Below are positions 1-11,456 of a stretch of DNA of 64,000 nt, piece by piece (the first letter of the stretch is position 1; each line of letters starts with the position of its first letter). Origin of the DNA: Candidatus Coprovivens sp. (GTDB taxonomy: Bacteria; Bacillota_I; Bacilli_A; RF39; UBA660); assembly GCA_051892935.1 (NCBI GenBank), contig JBJFGS010000024.1:87181-151180 (forward strand), in the 5' to 3' direction. The notes under the pieces were generated by a model. The model did not search any database. It was not told where the DNA came from and saw only the letters and a program-made list of their open reading frames with translations. The position numbers were made by a program, and so were the translations under genes.

Positions 1-566
1 AATTTTTTCTTTTTTTCGATTTTTTCTTCTAATTCTTTAATTTCTTCTGTTAAGTTAATTATTTCTTCTTGAATAGAATTATATTGATTTGTCTGTTCTT
101 CTAGTTCATCACTGATTTTAGCTGCTTTTTCTGTAGTTTCTGCTATTAAAGCATTATATCGATCGATTACTTCATAATTATTTGCTTCTGATACTCTTTC
201 TTGCATACTAATAATATATTTTTCTTGACTATTTTTTGTATCTTTTAGTAGAGTATTGTTTTTATATAAGCTTTCTTCCTCATTTTTTAATTCATTAAGT
301 TTTTTATTTTTGTCTTTTAAGTTTGACTTTAATGTTTGTAATTGTTTTTTGGTAATGATTTCAATATTTCGGTCAGCCATTTCAGCACTTGTATCGTATA
401 TTTCTTCTTCTGTTTGAACTGCAATTTCTTCTATTTCTTGTTTATATGATTTTATTTTTTCATTTAGTTCTACTTCTTCAATGCGCAATGATGGACCATC
501 ACTCTTAGAACGACACATTTTTACCAATACTTCTAAATTCCAAAAAATTTTTAATTTATCGTCCAT
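1..566 (-). CDS. Long coiled-coil hypothetical protein (partial, runs off window start)
   Basis: Open frame from ATG at 566 (RBS aagggtgtg) reading MDDKLKIFWNLEVLVKMCRSKSDGPSLRIEEVELNEKIK...; E/K-rich heptads; absent from the ORF track because it has no stop inside the window. Confidence 0.75.
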   Translation of the reverse strand, partial: MDDKLKIFWNLEVLVKMCRSKSDGPSLRIEEVELNEKIKSYKQEIEEIAVQTEEEIYDTSAEMADRNIEIITKKQLQTLKSNLKDKNKKLNELKNEEESLYKNNTLLKDTKNSQEKYIISMQERVSEANNYEVIDRYNALIAETTEKAAKISDELEEQTNQYNSIQEEIINLTEEIKELEEKIEKKKK

Positions 567-691
567 AATTACACACCCTTTTATCCTAGTCTACTTTAAT
601 AATAACACAAAGCGTACCTATTTTCAATATAACTATTTTATATGTTTAATTTACTTTTTAATACATATATTTAAGATAAGTGAGATGATTT

Positions 692-1033
692 ATGAAAGAT
701 TTTCCACCTAATATAGATCCTAAGATTGCTACAATTAGTGCTGTAATTATTGGTTTTGCGTTAATTGATAATTTTTCAGCAGCAGAACAAAGTGCTATTG
801 GTAATTGGTTTATTACAATAGGCCAAACTCTTTTTAATAATTCGCAATGGCAAGCTATGATTGAATCTAGAATTGGTGGCAATACTATTAATATTAATAG
901 TCAGAATTGCAAAGCTACTGGTAATCCTTATATGAATAATAAATCATGGGTGAATTCTCCTACTGATATGGAAATTGAAAGATTGAAAAATGTTATTAAA
1001 ATTATGCAAGATGAAATTGATAAATTAAAATAA
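692..1033 (+). CDS. Hypothetical protein
   Basis: 113-aa ORF with natural composition, convergent with rplQ. Confidence 0.7.
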   Translation: MKDFPPNIDPKIATISAVIIGFALIDNFSAAEQSAIGNWFITIGQTLFNNSQWQAMIESRIGGNTININSQNCKATGNPYMNNKSWVNSPTDMEIERLKNVIKIMQDEIDKLK

Positions 1034-1045
1034 AAAAAAGAACTA

Positions 1046-1390
1046 TTAAACTAGTTCTAATTTTACAGTTAAAGCGTCATCGCCAACTCTTTCTTTTAAT
1101 TTTATGATTCTAGTATATCCACCATTTCTAGTTTCATAACGTTTTGCTAAGTCGTCAAATACCTTGCTAACTACTTGATTATCATTATTTAGGAATGCAA
1201 GAGCTTTTCTTCTAGATACTAATGTACCTTTTTTTCCGTAAGTTATCATTTTGTCAACAAATTTTCTTACTTCTTTAGCTCTAGCTTCAGTTGTAACAAC
1301 TGATTCATTTAAGATAACATCTTTTGTTAAGCTAGCTAAAATACTTCTACGAATACTTTTTTCTCTATTTAATCTTCTATATTTTGCCAT
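1046..1390 (-). CDS. rplQ: 50S ribosomal protein L17
   Basis: TTEARAKEVR and RNGGYTRIIK motifs; follows rpoA. Confidence 0.98.
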   Translation of the reverse strand: MAKYRRLNREKSIRRSILASLTKDVILNESVVTTEARAKEVRKFVDKMITYGKKGTLVSRRKALAFLNNDNQVVSKVFDDLAKRYETRNGGYTRIIKLKERVGDDALTVKLELV

Positions 1391-1416
1391 TAGAATTTAC
1401 CTCCTTGTTTTATTTA

Positions 1417-2361
1417 TTAGTCGCGGAACTTAAGTCCCATTTCTTTAACTTTATCTATAACTTCTTTTAAAGATTTTTTACCTAGATTACGTATCTTAGT
1501 AACTTCTACTTCTTTTTTAGAAATTAAGTCTTGAACTGTGTTAATTCCAGCTCTCTTTAAACAGTTGTATGCACGAACTGAGAATTCGATTTCTTCGATA
1601 GGTGTTTCTAGAGTTTTTGTAATTGTATCAACTTTCTTTTCAGCCATTAATCCTGAAACATCACTTATTGAGTTTAAGTCAGTTACTATGTTGAAATGTT
1701 CAATTAGTATTTTTGCTGAAAGTGCCATTGCTTCTTCTGGAGTCATTGATCCATTTGTATAAACATTCATTATTAGTTTATCAAAGTTTTCGTTTTGACC
1801 AACACGAGCGCTTTCAACTTCGTAGCTAACTCTTTCAATTGGAGAATACAAAGAGTCAATTGCGATAACTCCAACCTTATTTTCTCCTAATAGTTTTTGG
1901 TTAGTTTTAGAATCAACATAACCTCTACCATTACTTACTGTCATTTCCATTTCTAGTTTTCCACCTTTTACAAGGTTTGCAATAACTAGTTCAGGATTAA
2001 TAATTTCGATATCAGCATCTCTTTCGATATCTCCAGCAGTTATAGCTCCTTCTTTATCAGCATAAAGTCTTATAACTTTGTCTTCTTCAGAATGATTTTT
2101 AATTACTATGCTTTTTAAAGCTAATACGATAGCTGTTACGTCTTCAACAACACCATCGATTTTTTGGAATTCATGCATTACACCTTCAATTTTTACAGAA
2201 GTAATTGCACTTCCTGGTAATGATGATAGCATAACTCTTCTTAAAGCATTACCAATTGTTGTACCAAAACCTCTTTCAAGTGGTTCTAGCTCAAATTTTC
2301 CATAGTGATTGCTCTCTATGTATTCTGTAATTTTGTATTCTGGTTTTTCAAATCTTAACAT
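1417..2361 (-). CDS. rpoA: RNA polymerase alpha subunit
   Basis: EPLERGFGTTIGNALRR, SVRAYNCLKRAGI, RNLGKKSL. Confidence 0.99.
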   Translation of the reverse strand: MLRFEKPEYKITEYIESNHYGKFELEPLERGFGTTIGNALRRVMLSSLPGSAITSVKIEGVMHEFQKIDGVVEDVTAIVLALKSIVIKNHSEEDKVIRLYADKEGAITAGDIERDADIEIINPELVIANLVKGGKLEMEMTVSNGRGYVDSKTNQKLLGENKVGVIAIDSLYSPIERVSYEVESARVGQNENFDKLIMNVYTNGSMTPEEAMALSAKILIEHFNIVTDLNSISDVSGLMAEKKVDTITKTLETPIEEIEFSVRAYNCLKRAGINTVQDLISKKEVEVTKIRNLGKKSLKEVIDKVKEMGLKFRD

Positions 2362-2383
2362 ATCCTTAAGTCCCCTCTTTCAA

Positions 2384-2767
2384 TTAATTTCTTGGACGTT
2401 TTGGTGGACGGCATCCGTTGTGTGGAACTGGAGTAACGTCATTGATAGATGTAATTTCTAATCCTGCAGTTTGTAATGAACGAATAGCGTTTTCACGTCC
2501 TGCACCTAAACCTTTAACAAATACTTCTACTTTTTTAACTCCGTTATCCATTGCAGCTTTTGCAGCAGCTTCAGCACTCATACCAGCAGCAAATGGAGTT
2601 TTCTTTTTTGATCCTTTATAACCGATTGTACCTGCAGAAGCCCAACTTATTGCGTTACCATCTTTATCAGTTATAGTAACTACTGTATTGTTATAAGTTG
2701 AATGAATATGAGCTTGTGCTTCAGGTATATTCTTTTTAACTTTTCTTTTTCTTCTATTATAAGCCAT
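2384..2767 (-). CDS. rpsK: 30S ribosomal protein S11
   Basis: [14 protein letters not shown]. Confidence 0.99.
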   Translation of the reverse strand: MAYNRRKRKVKKNIPEAQAHIHSTYNNTVVTITDKDGNAISWASAGTIGYKGSKKKTPFAAGMSAEAAAKAAMDNGVKKVEVFVKGLGAGRENAIRSLQTAGLEITSINDVTPVPHNGCRPPKRPRN

Positions 2768-2787
2768 AATCTTCTACCTCCTATTTA

Positions 2788-3162
2788 TTATTTAGTAGCC
2801 TTTTTCTTATTAGCAACTACTTTACCTTTACCTTTTCTTGTACGAGCATTTCTTGAAGTTCTTTGACCATGTACAGGAAGACCTTTTTTATGTCTAGTAC
2901 CTTGGTAGCTATTGATTTCCATTTTATTTTTGATGTTCATTTGAACTTCACGACGAAGGTCACCTTCTACTAGTTGTTTTTCAACTTCAGAACGTAATTT
3001 ACTTACTTCATCATCTGTTAAATCTTTTATTTTTTTACTTCTTTCAACACCAGCAGCATCACAGATTTGGTTAGCTAAACTTCTACCAATTCCGTAAATA
3101 GCAGTTAAACCTATACAAGTATGTTTTTCTCCTGGTAATTCAATATTTTTAATACGTGCCAT
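2788..3162 (-). CDS. rpsM: 30S ribosomal protein S13
   Basis: [25 protein letters not shown]. Confidence 0.99.
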   Translation of the reverse strand: MARIKNIELPGEKHTCIGLTAIYGIGRSLANQICDAAGVERSKKIKDLTDDEVSKLRSEVEKQLVEGDLRREVQMNIKNKMEINSYQGTRHKKGLPVHGQRTSRNARTRKGKGKVVANKKKATK

Positions 3163-3176
3163 ATTTTACCTCCTAA

Positions 3177-3290
3177 TTAGCCTTGTTTTTGTTTGTGTTT
3201 TGGATTTTCACAAATAACCATTATTTTTCCTTTTCTTCTAATTATTTTGCATTTTGCGCAAATTTTCTTTACTGATGGTCTTACTTTCAT
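3177..3290 (-). CDS. rpmJ: 50S ribosomal protein L36 (Zn-binding form)
   Basis: Manual translation [37 protein letters not shown]; below the ORF-track length cutoff. Confidence 0.98.
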   Translation of the reverse strand: MKVRPSVKKICAKCKIIRRKGKIMVICENPKHKQKQG

Positions 3291-3306
3291 AATATTTGTA
3301 CCTCCA

Positions 3307-3525
3307 TTATTTTTTATTCCATGTTATACGCCCACGTGTTAAGTCATAAGGCGATAATTCTATTGTAACTGTATCACCTGGTAAGATACGAATCATATTA
3401 ACTCGCATTTTACCAGAAACGTAGGCTTCTACAGTATGTCCATTAGGCAATTCTACGATTGGTGTTCCACCTTTTAGTATTTCTACTACTTTGCCTTCAA
3501 CTTCTATTTTTTCTTCTTTAGCCAT
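3307..3525 (-). CDS. infA: Translation initiation factor IF-1
   Basis: [27 protein letters not shown]. Confidence 0.98.
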   Translation of the reverse strand: MAKEEKIEVEGKVVEILKGGTPIVELPNGHTVEAYVSGKMRVNMIRILPGDTVTIELSPYDLTRGRITWNKK

Positions 3526-3575
3526 GCTTCTTTATCTCTCCATAACTTTTAGAGTTTGTAGATGTGAATAACTTG

Positions 3576-4244
3576 TTAGTTATTCACATCTTCACCCTTA
3601 AGAATTTTTTCTATTTCACTAAAAGTCTCCTCAGTATCTTTACTTGAATCAACAACTTTTAGTACGCCTTTTTGTTTATAATAATCAATTATTGGTTCAG
3701 TTACTTCAAAATATGTTTTAACTCTAGTATTCATTGATTCTTCGTTATCATCAGCTCTTTGATATAACTCTCCACCACACTTATCACATATTCCGTCTTG
3801 CTTTGGCTTGAATTCTTCGTTATATACATTATATATAGCTCCGCATTCTTTGCAAATGCGACGACCAATAATTCTTTGCTTTAACAGTTCTTCAGGTATT
3901 GTTAAATTTATAACTACTCCTAAATCTTTGTTAAGCTTCTCTAATATTGTATCATATCCTTTAGCTTGTTCCAAATTTCTTGGAAAGCCATCAAGGATAT
4001 AACCATTTTCGCATTCTGGTTGATTTATTTTATATTCAATAGCTTCGTATATTATATCGTTTGAAACAAATATACCATTGTCTATTAAATCTTTTATTTG
4101 TTTGCCAAGTTCATCGCCTACGGCTGCTCTTTCTCTAAGAATATCTCCTGTAGATATATGAGCATATCCATATTTTTCTTGTAATTTCTTAGCAAATGTT
4201 CCTTTTCCAGCGCCTTGCACTGCTAAAAATATAATATTCTTCAT
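3576..4244 (-). CDS. adk: Adenylate kinase (Zn-lid type)
   Basis: GAGKGT, HISTGD, LDGFPR, two CxxC motifs in the lid, QRADD. Confidence 0.98.
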   Translation of the reverse strand: MKNIIFLAVQGAGKGTFAKKLQEKYGYAHISTGDILRERAAVGDELGKQIKDLIDNGIFVSNDIIYEAIEYKINQPECENGYILDGFPRNLEQAKGYDTILEKLNKDLGVVINLTIPEELLKQRIIGRRICKECGAIYNVYNEEFKPKQDGICDKCGGELYQRADDNEESMNTRVKTYFEVTEPIIDYYKQKGVLKVVDSSKDTEETFSEIEKILKGEDVNN

Positions 4245-5503
4245 TATCTTTTAATTGCCTTTCTGTGACTACGACTAATTAAGCTACTCTCTAGTTGCTT
4301 GTATGTTTCTATTGCAACACCAACAACGATAAGTAATCCAGTTCCTCCAATTGTTACTGTACTTGATAGCCCAGAAAAATTAGAGAAAAGTATAGGTAGT
4401 CCAGCAATTATCATTAGAAATAAGGAACCTACGATTGTTAGCTTACTTAAAACATTACTAACATATTCAATTGTATCATTTCCTGGTCTAACACCTGGAA
4501 TGTATGCACCACTTTTACTTAAATTCTTTGACATTTCTTCTGGATTCATTTGTAAGAATGTATAGAAATATCCAAAGAACAAGATAAGTAACATATATAA
4601 TATGAATCCCGTAAATGATGTATATTCAATATAATTTTCCACAAAATTTATTGCAGTATCATTTTTTATTAAATTAACAATAGTTACTGGGATTGTAATT
4701 AATGTCGATGCAAAGATAACTGGGATAACTCCAGCAGAATTTATTTTTATAGGAAGGAAGTTTTGGTGTCCTCCATATGCACTATTTGTTCTGTTAGCAT
4801 ATTGAATTGGTATTCGCCTTTCGGCTAATTGAATCCATACCATACCTACTATTATTAGTAAGTAAATGATTACAAATGCTCCAAATAATAGTGAACCTAT
4901 TATAGTATTGAATGTTTCTGCTAACACCAATTCTTTGAAAGCAGTTACGAATACTGATGGTAATGATTGAAGAATACCAGCCATAATTAATAGTGACATT
5001 CCATTACCAATACCATGTTTAGTAATTTGATCACCTATCCATAATAGTAAACTTGTTCCAGCAGTTAATACTACTGTTGTTTTTAGGATTGTAAATACGT
5101 CTTTTGTACCTGAGTAAACAATAGTAAATATAAAACCTTGAATAAAGGCAAATAGTATACCTAAATATCTAGTTATCTTATTTATTTTTTGCTTACCTGT
5201 ATATCCTTGTTCTTTTAGTTCTTTAAAATAAGGAACTATATCCATTTGGAGTAATTGAGTAATGATTTGAGCTGTAATATATGGTGATACACCTAAGGCG
5301 AAGATAGAGAAATGTTTTAATCCTCCACCTGCCATTAGGTTAAAGATTTCAAGGAAACCTAATTCTTCATATATTGTTCCAGCCCACGGAACTGTTATAT
5401 TACTTCCAAAGCAAAATATTGCTAAACAAAATAATGTAAAATAAATTCTTTTTCTTAAATCTTTATTTGAACGGTTAAATAGCTGTTTTAGATTAGAAAA
5501 CAT
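4244..5503 (-). CDS. secY: Preprotein translocase SecY
   Basis: SIFALGVSPYITAQI, IPGVRPG, GGTGLLIVVGV. Confidence 0.99.
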   Translation of the reverse strand: MFSNLKQLFNRSNKDLRKRIYFTLFCLAIFCFGSNITVPWAGTIYEELGFLEIFNLMAGGGLKHFSIFALGVSPYITAQIITQLLQMDIVPYFKELKEQGYTGKQKINKITRYLGILFAFIQGFIFTIVYSGTKDVFTILKTTVVLTAGTSLLLWIGDQITKHGIGNGMSLLIMAGILQSLPSVFVTAFKELVLAETFNTIIGSLLFGAFVIIYLLIIVGMVWIQLAERRIPIQYANRTNSAYGGHQNFLPIKINSAGVIPVIFASTLITIPVTIVNLIKNDTAINFVENYIEYTSFTGFILYMLLILFFGYFYTFLQMNPEEMSKNLSKSGAYIPGVRPGNDTIEYVSNVLSKLTIVGSLFLMIIAGLPILFSNFSGLSSTVTIGGTGLLIVVGVAIETYKQLESSLISRSHRKAIKR

Positions 5504-5947
5504 CTAGATCACCTCAGCTTTTCCGCCAGCACTTTCAATTTTTGTAACGGCTGAACTTGAGAATCTATTAGCTCTAATAGTTAATTTCTTTTCTAGTTCA
5601 CCATTGCCTAAGACTTTAACACCACAAAGTTGTTTTTTGATAATTCCCTTTTCTTTTAGTAATTCAGGAGTAACTACGTCTCCATCATTAAAATATTTAT
5701 TTAAATCACTTAAGTTAATTGTTGCATATTCAGTTTTGAATTTTGCATTACTAAATCCACGTTTAGGAACTCTTCTATATAGAGGAGTTTGTCCACCTTG
5801 GAACCAAGCTGGAATACTTACTCCTGAACGAGATTTTTGACCATTTTCTCCACGGCCAGCAGTTTTTCCTAAACCACTACCAGCTCCACGGCCAACTCTT
5901 TTTCTAGTTTTTGCTTCTGGAGAAGCGTTTAATTCATGTAATTTCAT
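5504..5947 (-). CDS. rplO: 50S ribosomal protein L15
   Basis: [30 protein letters not shown]. Confidence 0.99.
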   Translation of the reverse strand: MKLHELNASPEAKTRKRVGRGAGSGLGKTAGRGENGQKSRSGVSIPAWFQGGQTPLYRRVPKRGFSNAKFKTEYATINLSDLNKYFNDGDVVTPELLKEKGIIKKQLCGVKVLGNGELEKKLTIRANRFSSSAVTKIESAGGKAEVI

Positions 5948-5948
5948 A

Positions 5949-6452
5949 TTATAGCTCCTCTACTTTCTTTCCTCTTAATGCTGCAACATGTTCAGGTGTC
6001 TTTTGCATTTTAAGAGCTTCTAAAGTAGCTTTTGCTACATTTATTTTTGTATTTGAACCAAGTGATTTAGAAACTATATCATGAACACCAGCAAGTTCAA
6101 GAACAACTCTGGCAGATCCACCAGCGATGATTCCTGTACCTTCTTTAGCAGGTTTAACAAGAACTTGTGCACGTCCAACTTTTCCTATAGCTTCATGTGG
6201 GATTGTTCTATTATCAATTAATGCAACTTTTGTTACGTTTTTATTAGCTGCTTGAATAGCTTTTTTAATAGCTTCTGGAACTTCGTTAGCTTTTCCTGTA
6301 CCAATTCCAACTAATCCTTTTCTATTTCCAACTACTACTGTAGCAGAAAATCTAAAATGACGACCACCTTTTGTAACTTTTGTTACACGGCCGATAGAAA
6401 CTACTTTTTCTTCAAGCAAGTTTTTCTTAGAGTCCATTTTTGTTTTTGGCAT
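5949..6452 (-). CDS. rpsE: 30S ribosomal protein S5
   Basis: [24 protein letters not shown]. Confidence 0.99.
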   Translation of the reverse strand: MPKTKMDSKKNLLEEKVVSIGRVTKVTKGGRHFRFSATVVVGNRKGLVGIGTGKANEVPEAIKKAIQAANKNVTKVALIDNRTIPHEAIGKVGRAQVLVKPAKEGTGIIAGGSARVVLELAGVHDIVSKSLGSNTKINVAKATLEALKMQKTPEHVAALRGKKVEEL

Positions 6453-6468
6453 AATTTGTACCTCCCTC

Positions 6469-6825
6469 TTAGAATTCTAGTCCATTTTCACGTGCTGCTT
6501 CAGCTAAAGCTTGAACACGTCCGTGGTAAAGGTATCCACCTCTATCGAAAACTACTTTATTAATTTTTAATTTTTTAGCTTTTTCAGCAATGTCTTTACC
6601 TACTAGTTTAGCACCTTCAACATTGCCTCCGTTTTTAATTTTTAATTCGACAGATGAAGAGCTAGCAAGAGTAACGCCCTTAACATCATCGATAATTTGA
6701 GCAAATATTTGTGTATTTGATCTAAATACGTTTAATCTTGGACATTCTGCAGTTCCGTTTACTTTATTACGAATACGAGCATGTCTTTTCTTACGTAAAT
6801 CATTTTTTGATTCTTTAACTATCAT
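6469..6825 (-). CDS. rplR: 50S ribosomal protein L18
   Basis: [22 protein letters not shown]. Confidence 0.99.
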   Translation of the reverse strand: MIVKESKNDLRKKRHARIRNKVNGTAECPRLNVFRSNTQIFAQIIDDVKGVTLASSSSVELKIKNGGNVEGAKLVGKDIAEKAKKLKINKVVFDRGGYLYHGRVQALAEAARENGLEF

Positions 6826-6845
6826 AATATCTCGACTCCTTACCC

Positions 6846-7385
6846 TTATTTAGCTGCTTTCTTACCTTCTTTACGACGAACATATTCACCTTTGTAACGA
6901 ATACCTTTACCTTTGTATGGTTCTGGTTCTCTTACTGCACGAATATTAGCCGCAAATTCAGTAACCTTTTGCTTATCGATACCTGAAATAGTAATTTCAG
7001 TATTATTAATTTGTTCTGCTTTTAGTCCAGCAGGAACTTCTATTACTACTGGATGAGAATAACCAGCATTAATAGTTAATTTATTTCCAGAAACTTGGAA
7101 TTTGTATCCAACTCCAACAGCTTCTAATCCTTTTTGGTATCCTTCTGTAACACCAGTAATCATATTTTTTACCAATGCATTTACAGTACCATGTAATTGT
7201 TTTGATGTTTTAGCATCATTTGGTCTTTTTGTAATAATTTTGCCTTCAACTTCTTCAACAGTGATTAAAGCTGGTTTTTCGTAGCTTAATTCACCTTTAG
7301 GACCTTTAACAGTTACAGTATTTTTGTCAACAGTAACAGTAACTCCAGCAGGAACTACTAATTCTCTTTTTCCTATTCTACTCAT
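6846..7385 (-). CDS. rplF: 50S ribosomal protein L6
   Basis: [17 protein letters not shown]. Confidence 0.99.
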   Translation of the reverse strand: MSRIGKRELVVPAGVTVTVDKNTVTVKGPKGELSYEKPALITVEEVEGKIITKRPNDAKTSKQLHGTVNALVKNMITGVTEGYQKGLEAVGVGYKFQVSGNKLTINAGYSHPVVIEVPAGLKAEQINNTEITISGIDKQKVTEFAANIRAVREPEPYKGKGIRYKGEYVRRKEGKKAAK

Positions 7386-7398
7386 AACTTATTTTTCC

Positions 7399-7794
7399 TT
7401 ACCAAATATAGGCAAGTACTTCTCCTCCTAGACCAGCTTCACGAGCTTCTTTATCAGTCATTAATCCTTTTGAAGTTGAAATGATTGCAATTCCTAGTCC
7501 ATTAAGAACACGAGGAATTTCATCAGTCTTGGCATAGACACGTAATCCTGATTTTGAGATTCTCTTTAATCCAGTGATTACTCTTTCTTTCTTTTCTCCA
7601 TATTTAAGTGTTAAAGTTAATTTATCACCTTTAGTATTTTTTTCATATTTGAAATCAGCTATGTAACCTTCACGTTTTAAGATCTCAGCAATACCTAAAG
7701 TCATTTTTGAACCTAAAACTTCAACAGTTTCATATTTCATTTGATTTGCATTACGTATTCTTGTAAGCATATCTGCTATAATATCTCCAACCAT
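7399..7794 (-). CDS. rpsH: 30S ribosomal protein S8
   Basis: [20 protein letters not shown]. Confidence 0.99.
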   Translation of the reverse strand: MVGDIIADMLTRIRNANQMKYETVEVLGSKMTLGIAEILKREGYIADFKYEKNTKGDKLTLTLKYGEKKERVITGLKRISKSGLRVYAKTDEIPRVLNGLGIAIISTSKGLMTDKEAREAGLGGEVLAYIW

Positions 7795-7812
7795 AATCTA
7801 AATTCCTCCTTC

Positions 7813-7998
7813 CTACCAACTTGACTTCTTAACGCCAGGGATTTGTCCATTATTTGCCATTTCTCTAAAGCAAATACGACATAATTTGTATTTACGTAGA
7901 ACTCCGTGAGGACGTCCACATCTTTCGCAACGAGTATAAGCTCTTGACTTGAATTTAGGAGCTCTTTGTTGTTTAACTTTTAAACTTGTCTTTGCCAT
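7813..7998 (-). CDS. rpsZ: 30S ribosomal protein S14 (Zn-binding type Z)
   Basis: 61 aa with CERC and CRIC; GVKKSSW. Confidence 0.97.
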   Translation of the reverse strand: MAKTSLKVKQQRAPKFKSRAYTRCERCGRPHGVLRKYKLCRICFREMANNGQIPGVKKSSW

Positions 7999-8016
7999 AA
8001 ATATTTCCTCCTCTTT

Positions 8017-8556
8017 CTACTTTCTAAATGGCATTCCGAAACCACTTAATAGTTCGTATGCTTCTTCATTTGTTTTTGCTGTTGTAACGAATACTATATC
8101 CATTCCTCTTAATTTAAGAATTTGATCATATTCGATTTCAGGAAAAATTATTTGTTCTTTAACACCTAGAGTATAGTTTCCTTTACCATCAAATGCAGTT
8201 TTTGAAACTCCTCTAAAATCTCTAACACGAGGTAGTGCTATTTTTATTAGTTTTTCCATGAAATTATACATATTTTCGCCACGTAGAGTAACTTTTGCTC
8301 CAATCGTTTGGCCTTCTCTTATTTTAAAGCCAGCTATTGATTTACGAGCTTTTGTTACTACAGGTTTTTGACCAGCAATTAATTCTAGGTCTTTTACTGC
8401 TGCTTCAATATATTTTGAATCTGTTGCAGCTTCTCCAACTCCCATATTAATAACTATTTTTTCTAGTTTTGGAACTTCCATCTTTGAAGAATAGTTAAAT
8501 TTTTTCATTAGAGAGTCAGTTATTTGTTCATTATATAGTTTTTTAAATGTACTCAT
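8017..8556 (-). CDS. rplE: 50S ribosomal protein L5
   Basis: [23 protein letters not shown]; start adjusted to MSTFKK. Confidence 0.98.
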   Translation of the reverse strand: MSTFKKLYNEQITDSLMKKFNYSSKMEVPKLEKIVINMGVGEAATDSKYIEAAVKDLELIAGQKPVVTKARKSIAGFKIREGQTIGAKVTLRGENMYNFMEKLIKIALPRVRDFRGVSKTAFDGKGNYTLGVKEQIIFPEIEYDQILKLRGMDIVFVTTAKTNEEAYELLSGFGMPFRK

Positions 8557-8571
8557 ATCTTCACCCACTAA

Positions 8572-8868
<297 letters not shown>

Positions 8869-8879
8869 ATTTAGTCCTC

Positions 8880-9248
8880 CTATAATACTTCAGGTGCAAG
8901 TGAAACGATTTTCATGAAATCTTTTTCACGTAGCTCACGAGCAACAGGTCCTAAAACTCTAGTTCCTATTGGGCTCTTATCTTCTCTAATTAATACACAT
9001 GCATTGTCATCGAACTTGATGTATGAACCATCAGCTCTTCTAACGCCTTGAACTGTTCTAACAATTACAGCTTTAACAACTTTTCCTTTTGGAACATTAC
9101 TATTTGGGATAGCTTTTTTTACTGTTCCAACAACGATATCACCGATATTACCAGTTTTTACTTTGCTTCCACCAACTACTCTGATTACTAGTAATTCACG
9201 AGCTCCAGAGTTGTCAGCAACTTTAAGTCTAGATTCTTGCATTACCAT
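8880..9248 (-). CDS. rplN: 50S ribosomal protein L14
   Basis: [22 protein letters not shown]. Confidence 0.99.
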   Translation of the reverse strand: MVMQESRLKVADNSGARELLVIRVVGGSKVKTGNIGDIVVGTVKKAIPNSNVPKGKVVKAVIVRTVQGVRRADGSYIKFDDNACVLIREDKSPIGTRVLGPVARELREKDFMKIVSLAPEVL

Positions 9249-9259
9249 AATGATACCCC

Positions 9260-9520
9260 CTATAGAACTACAGCTTCGATTAGTACTTCAACAAGTTCAT
9301 ATCTCTTTGTTTTTGATAATGGTCTTGTACTACTAATTCTTACTGTATCTCCTTCTTTAGCTTTATTAAATTCATCATGAGCTGTATATTTTTTTGAATA
9401 TTTAACTCTTTTTCCGTAAAGTGGATGCTTTTTATATGTTTCAACTAAAACAGTTATAGTTTTATCGTTTTTTGCACTAACAACTTTACCAACAAGTGTT
9501 GTCTTTTTAGTTTCTGCCAT
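9260..9520 (-). CDS. rpsQ: 30S ribosomal protein S17
   Basis: [17 protein letters not shown]. Confidence 0.99.
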   Translation of the reverse strand: MAETKKTTLVGKVVSAKNDKTITVLVETYKKHPLYGKRVKYSKKYTAHDEFNKAKEGDTVRISSTRPLSKTKRYELVEVLIEAVVL

Positions 9521-9732
9521 TATTGTTCGCCTCCATTTTCTCTTTCTTTTAAGATTGTTTGCATTCTAGCAACATTTTTTCTTAGTTCACGAATCTTAGA
9601 TGGTTTTTCTAATGAACCAGTTGATTGTTTTAGTCTAAGATCGAATAATTCTTTTTTTGATTCTTTAATTTTTGCTTCTAATTCTTCATTAGATAAAGCT
9701 CTTAGTTCTTTTACTACTTCATTAACCTTCAT
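9520..9732 (-). CDS. rpmC: 50S ribosomal protein L29
   Basis: [19 protein letters not shown]; start adjusted to MKVNE. Confidence 0.97.
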   Translation of the reverse strand: MKVNEVVKELRALSNEELEAKIKESKKELFDLRLKQSTGSLEKPSKIRELRKNVARMQTILKERENGGEQ

Positions 9733-10159
9733 TAGATTCACCGCCTTTAACTTCTTCTTTTTTAACTATTTTGCAAGTTATTGGAAGTTTGTGTGATGCA
9801 AGTCTTAAAGCTTCTCTTGCGATTTCTTCAGAAACTCCACCAACTTCAAACATAATTTTTCCTTTTTTAACAACAGCTACCCATTGTTCTACGCTACCTT
9901 TACCTTTACCTTGACGAACACCAAGAGGTTTCTTAGTTAATGGTAAATGTGGGAAGATGTTAATCCATACTTGTCCGCCACGTTTCATAAAACGAGTCAT
10001 AGCGATACGTGCTGCTTCAATTTGTTGAGCAGTAATGTATGTACCTTCAGTAGCCATTAATCCGTATTCACCGAATGATAATTCAGTATTACCTTTTGCT
10101 TTTCCTTCGTATGATAAACGATGTTGTTTACGATACTTAGTTCTTTTTGGCATTAACAT
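9722..10159 (-). CDS. rplP: 50S ribosomal protein L16
   Basis: [22 protein letters not shown]. Confidence 0.99.
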   Translation of the reverse strand: MLMPKRTKYRKQHRLSYEGKAKGNTELSFGEYGLMATEGTYITAQQIEAARIAMTRFMKRGGQVWINIFPHLPLTKKPLGVRQGKGKGSVEQWVAVVKKGKIMFEVGGVSEEIAREALRLASHKLPITCKIVKKEEVKGGESNEG

Positions 10160-10817
10160 CTTTATTCTCTCCCTTCGTTACTTTCTTAGTAGGAAGAATT
10201 TCACCTCTGTAAATCCATACTTTAACACCTAACTTACCATAAGTTGTGTTTGCTTCAGCGATTGCATAGTCTATATCAGCTCTGATTGTATGTAGAGGAA
10301 CAGTACCTTCTGTATATCCTTCAGTACGTGCCATTTCAGCTCCACCAAGTCTTCCTGAAACTGCAGTTTTAATACCTTTAGCTCCAGCTTTCATTGTGTT
10401 TCTTATAGCTCTTTTTTGAGCGCTTCTGAATGGTGCTCTAGCTTCAATTTGTTGAGCGATTTGCTCAGCAACTAGCTTAGCATTTAAGTCAGGATTTTTA
10501 ACTTCGATGATTGATACATAAATTTCTTCATCTACTAATTTCTTTAATTCTTTTCTTAATTTTTCAATATCTTCTCCGCCATGTCCGATAATAACACCAG
10601 GTTTAGCAGTATAGATTTTTACATCTGTTCTTTTAGCAGTTCTTTCGATTACTACAGAAGCAACTGCAGCATCTTTCATTTTCTTTGCTAAGTATTTACG
10701 AATTTTGTCATCTTTATTTAAAAGTGTACCAAAATCTTTTTTCTCAGCAAACCAATTAGCTTCCCAATCTTTATTAACGCCAACTCTTAGGCCTATTGGA
10801 TTAACTTTTTGTCCCAT
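10137..10817 (-). CDS. rpsC: 30S ribosomal protein S3
   Basis: [24 protein letters not shown]. Confidence 0.99.
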   Translation of the reverse strand: MGQKVNPIGLRVGVNKDWEANWFAEKKDFGTLLNKDDKIRKYLAKKMKDAAVASVVIERTAKRTDVKIYTAKPGVIIGHGGEDIEKLRKELKKLVDEEIYVSIIEVKNPDLNAKLVAEQIAQQIEARAPFRSAQKRAIRNTMKAGAKGIKTAVSGRLGGAEMARTEGYTEGTVPLHTIRADIDYAIAEANTTYGKLGVKVWIYRGEILPTKKVTKGENKDVNAKKN

Positions 10818-10818
10818 A

Positions 10819-11163
10819 CTATTTTGCCTCCTTATTATCAGATACTTTTACAGTAATATGACTTGTTCTTTTATCTCTTCTATCAACTTTTGTTCTTGAA
10901 CCAAATTTAATTCTTTTTAGCACTTGTCCTGGATTGATATAGCATTCAGAGATAACAAGTTCAGATTCATTAGCGCCGAAGTTATTAACAGCGTTTGCAA
11001 CAGCAGAATTTAAAACTTTAAGGATTAATCTGCTAGCTTTTGTATTAGTATTTTCTAAAATACCTTGTGCAGTTTGAACATCTTTTCCTCTTACTAAATC
11101 AAGAGTCATTCTTGCTTTACGAGGAGCGATCATAGCACCTTTATGTATTGCATATGTTTCCAT
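10819..11163 (-). CDS. rplV: 50S ribosomal protein L22
   Basis: [20 protein letters not shown]. Confidence 0.98.
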   Translation of the reverse strand: METYAIHKGAMIAPRKARMTLDLVRGKDVQTAQGILENTNTKASRLILKVLNSAVANAVNNFGANESELVISECYINPGQVLKRIKFGSRTKVDRRDKRTSHITVKVSDNKEAK

Positions 11164-11179
11164 TACTTATACTCCCTTC

Positions 11180-11443
11180 CTACTTTTGTCCAGCATGTCC
11201 GCCAAATTTACGAGTTAGTGCAAACTCTCCTAATTTGTGTCCAACCATATCTTCAGTAATATATACTGGGATAAATTCTTTTCCATTATGAACAGCTATT
11301 GTATGTCCCACGAAATCAGGATAAATAGTTGAACGACGAGACCAAGTTTTTACAACTTCTTTTTTATTGTTTTTATTTAATTCTTGAACCTTTTTTAATA
11401 ATCTTTCGAATACATATGGTCCTTTTTTTAAACTTCTTGCCAT
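11180..11443 (-). CDS. rpsS: 30S ribosomal protein S19
   Basis: [18 protein letters not shown]. Confidence 0.99.
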   Translation of the reverse strand: MARSLKKGPYVFERLLKKVQELNKNNKKEVVKTWSRRSTIYPDFVGHTIAVHNGKEFIPVYITEDMVGHKLGEFALTRKFGGHAGQK

Positions 11444-11456
11444 TTTTTATTTCCTC

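Noticed and set aside
2362-2383. No rpsD between rpsK and rpoA
   Set aside because: This is the normal arrangement in Bacilli, where rpsD is encoded elsewhere
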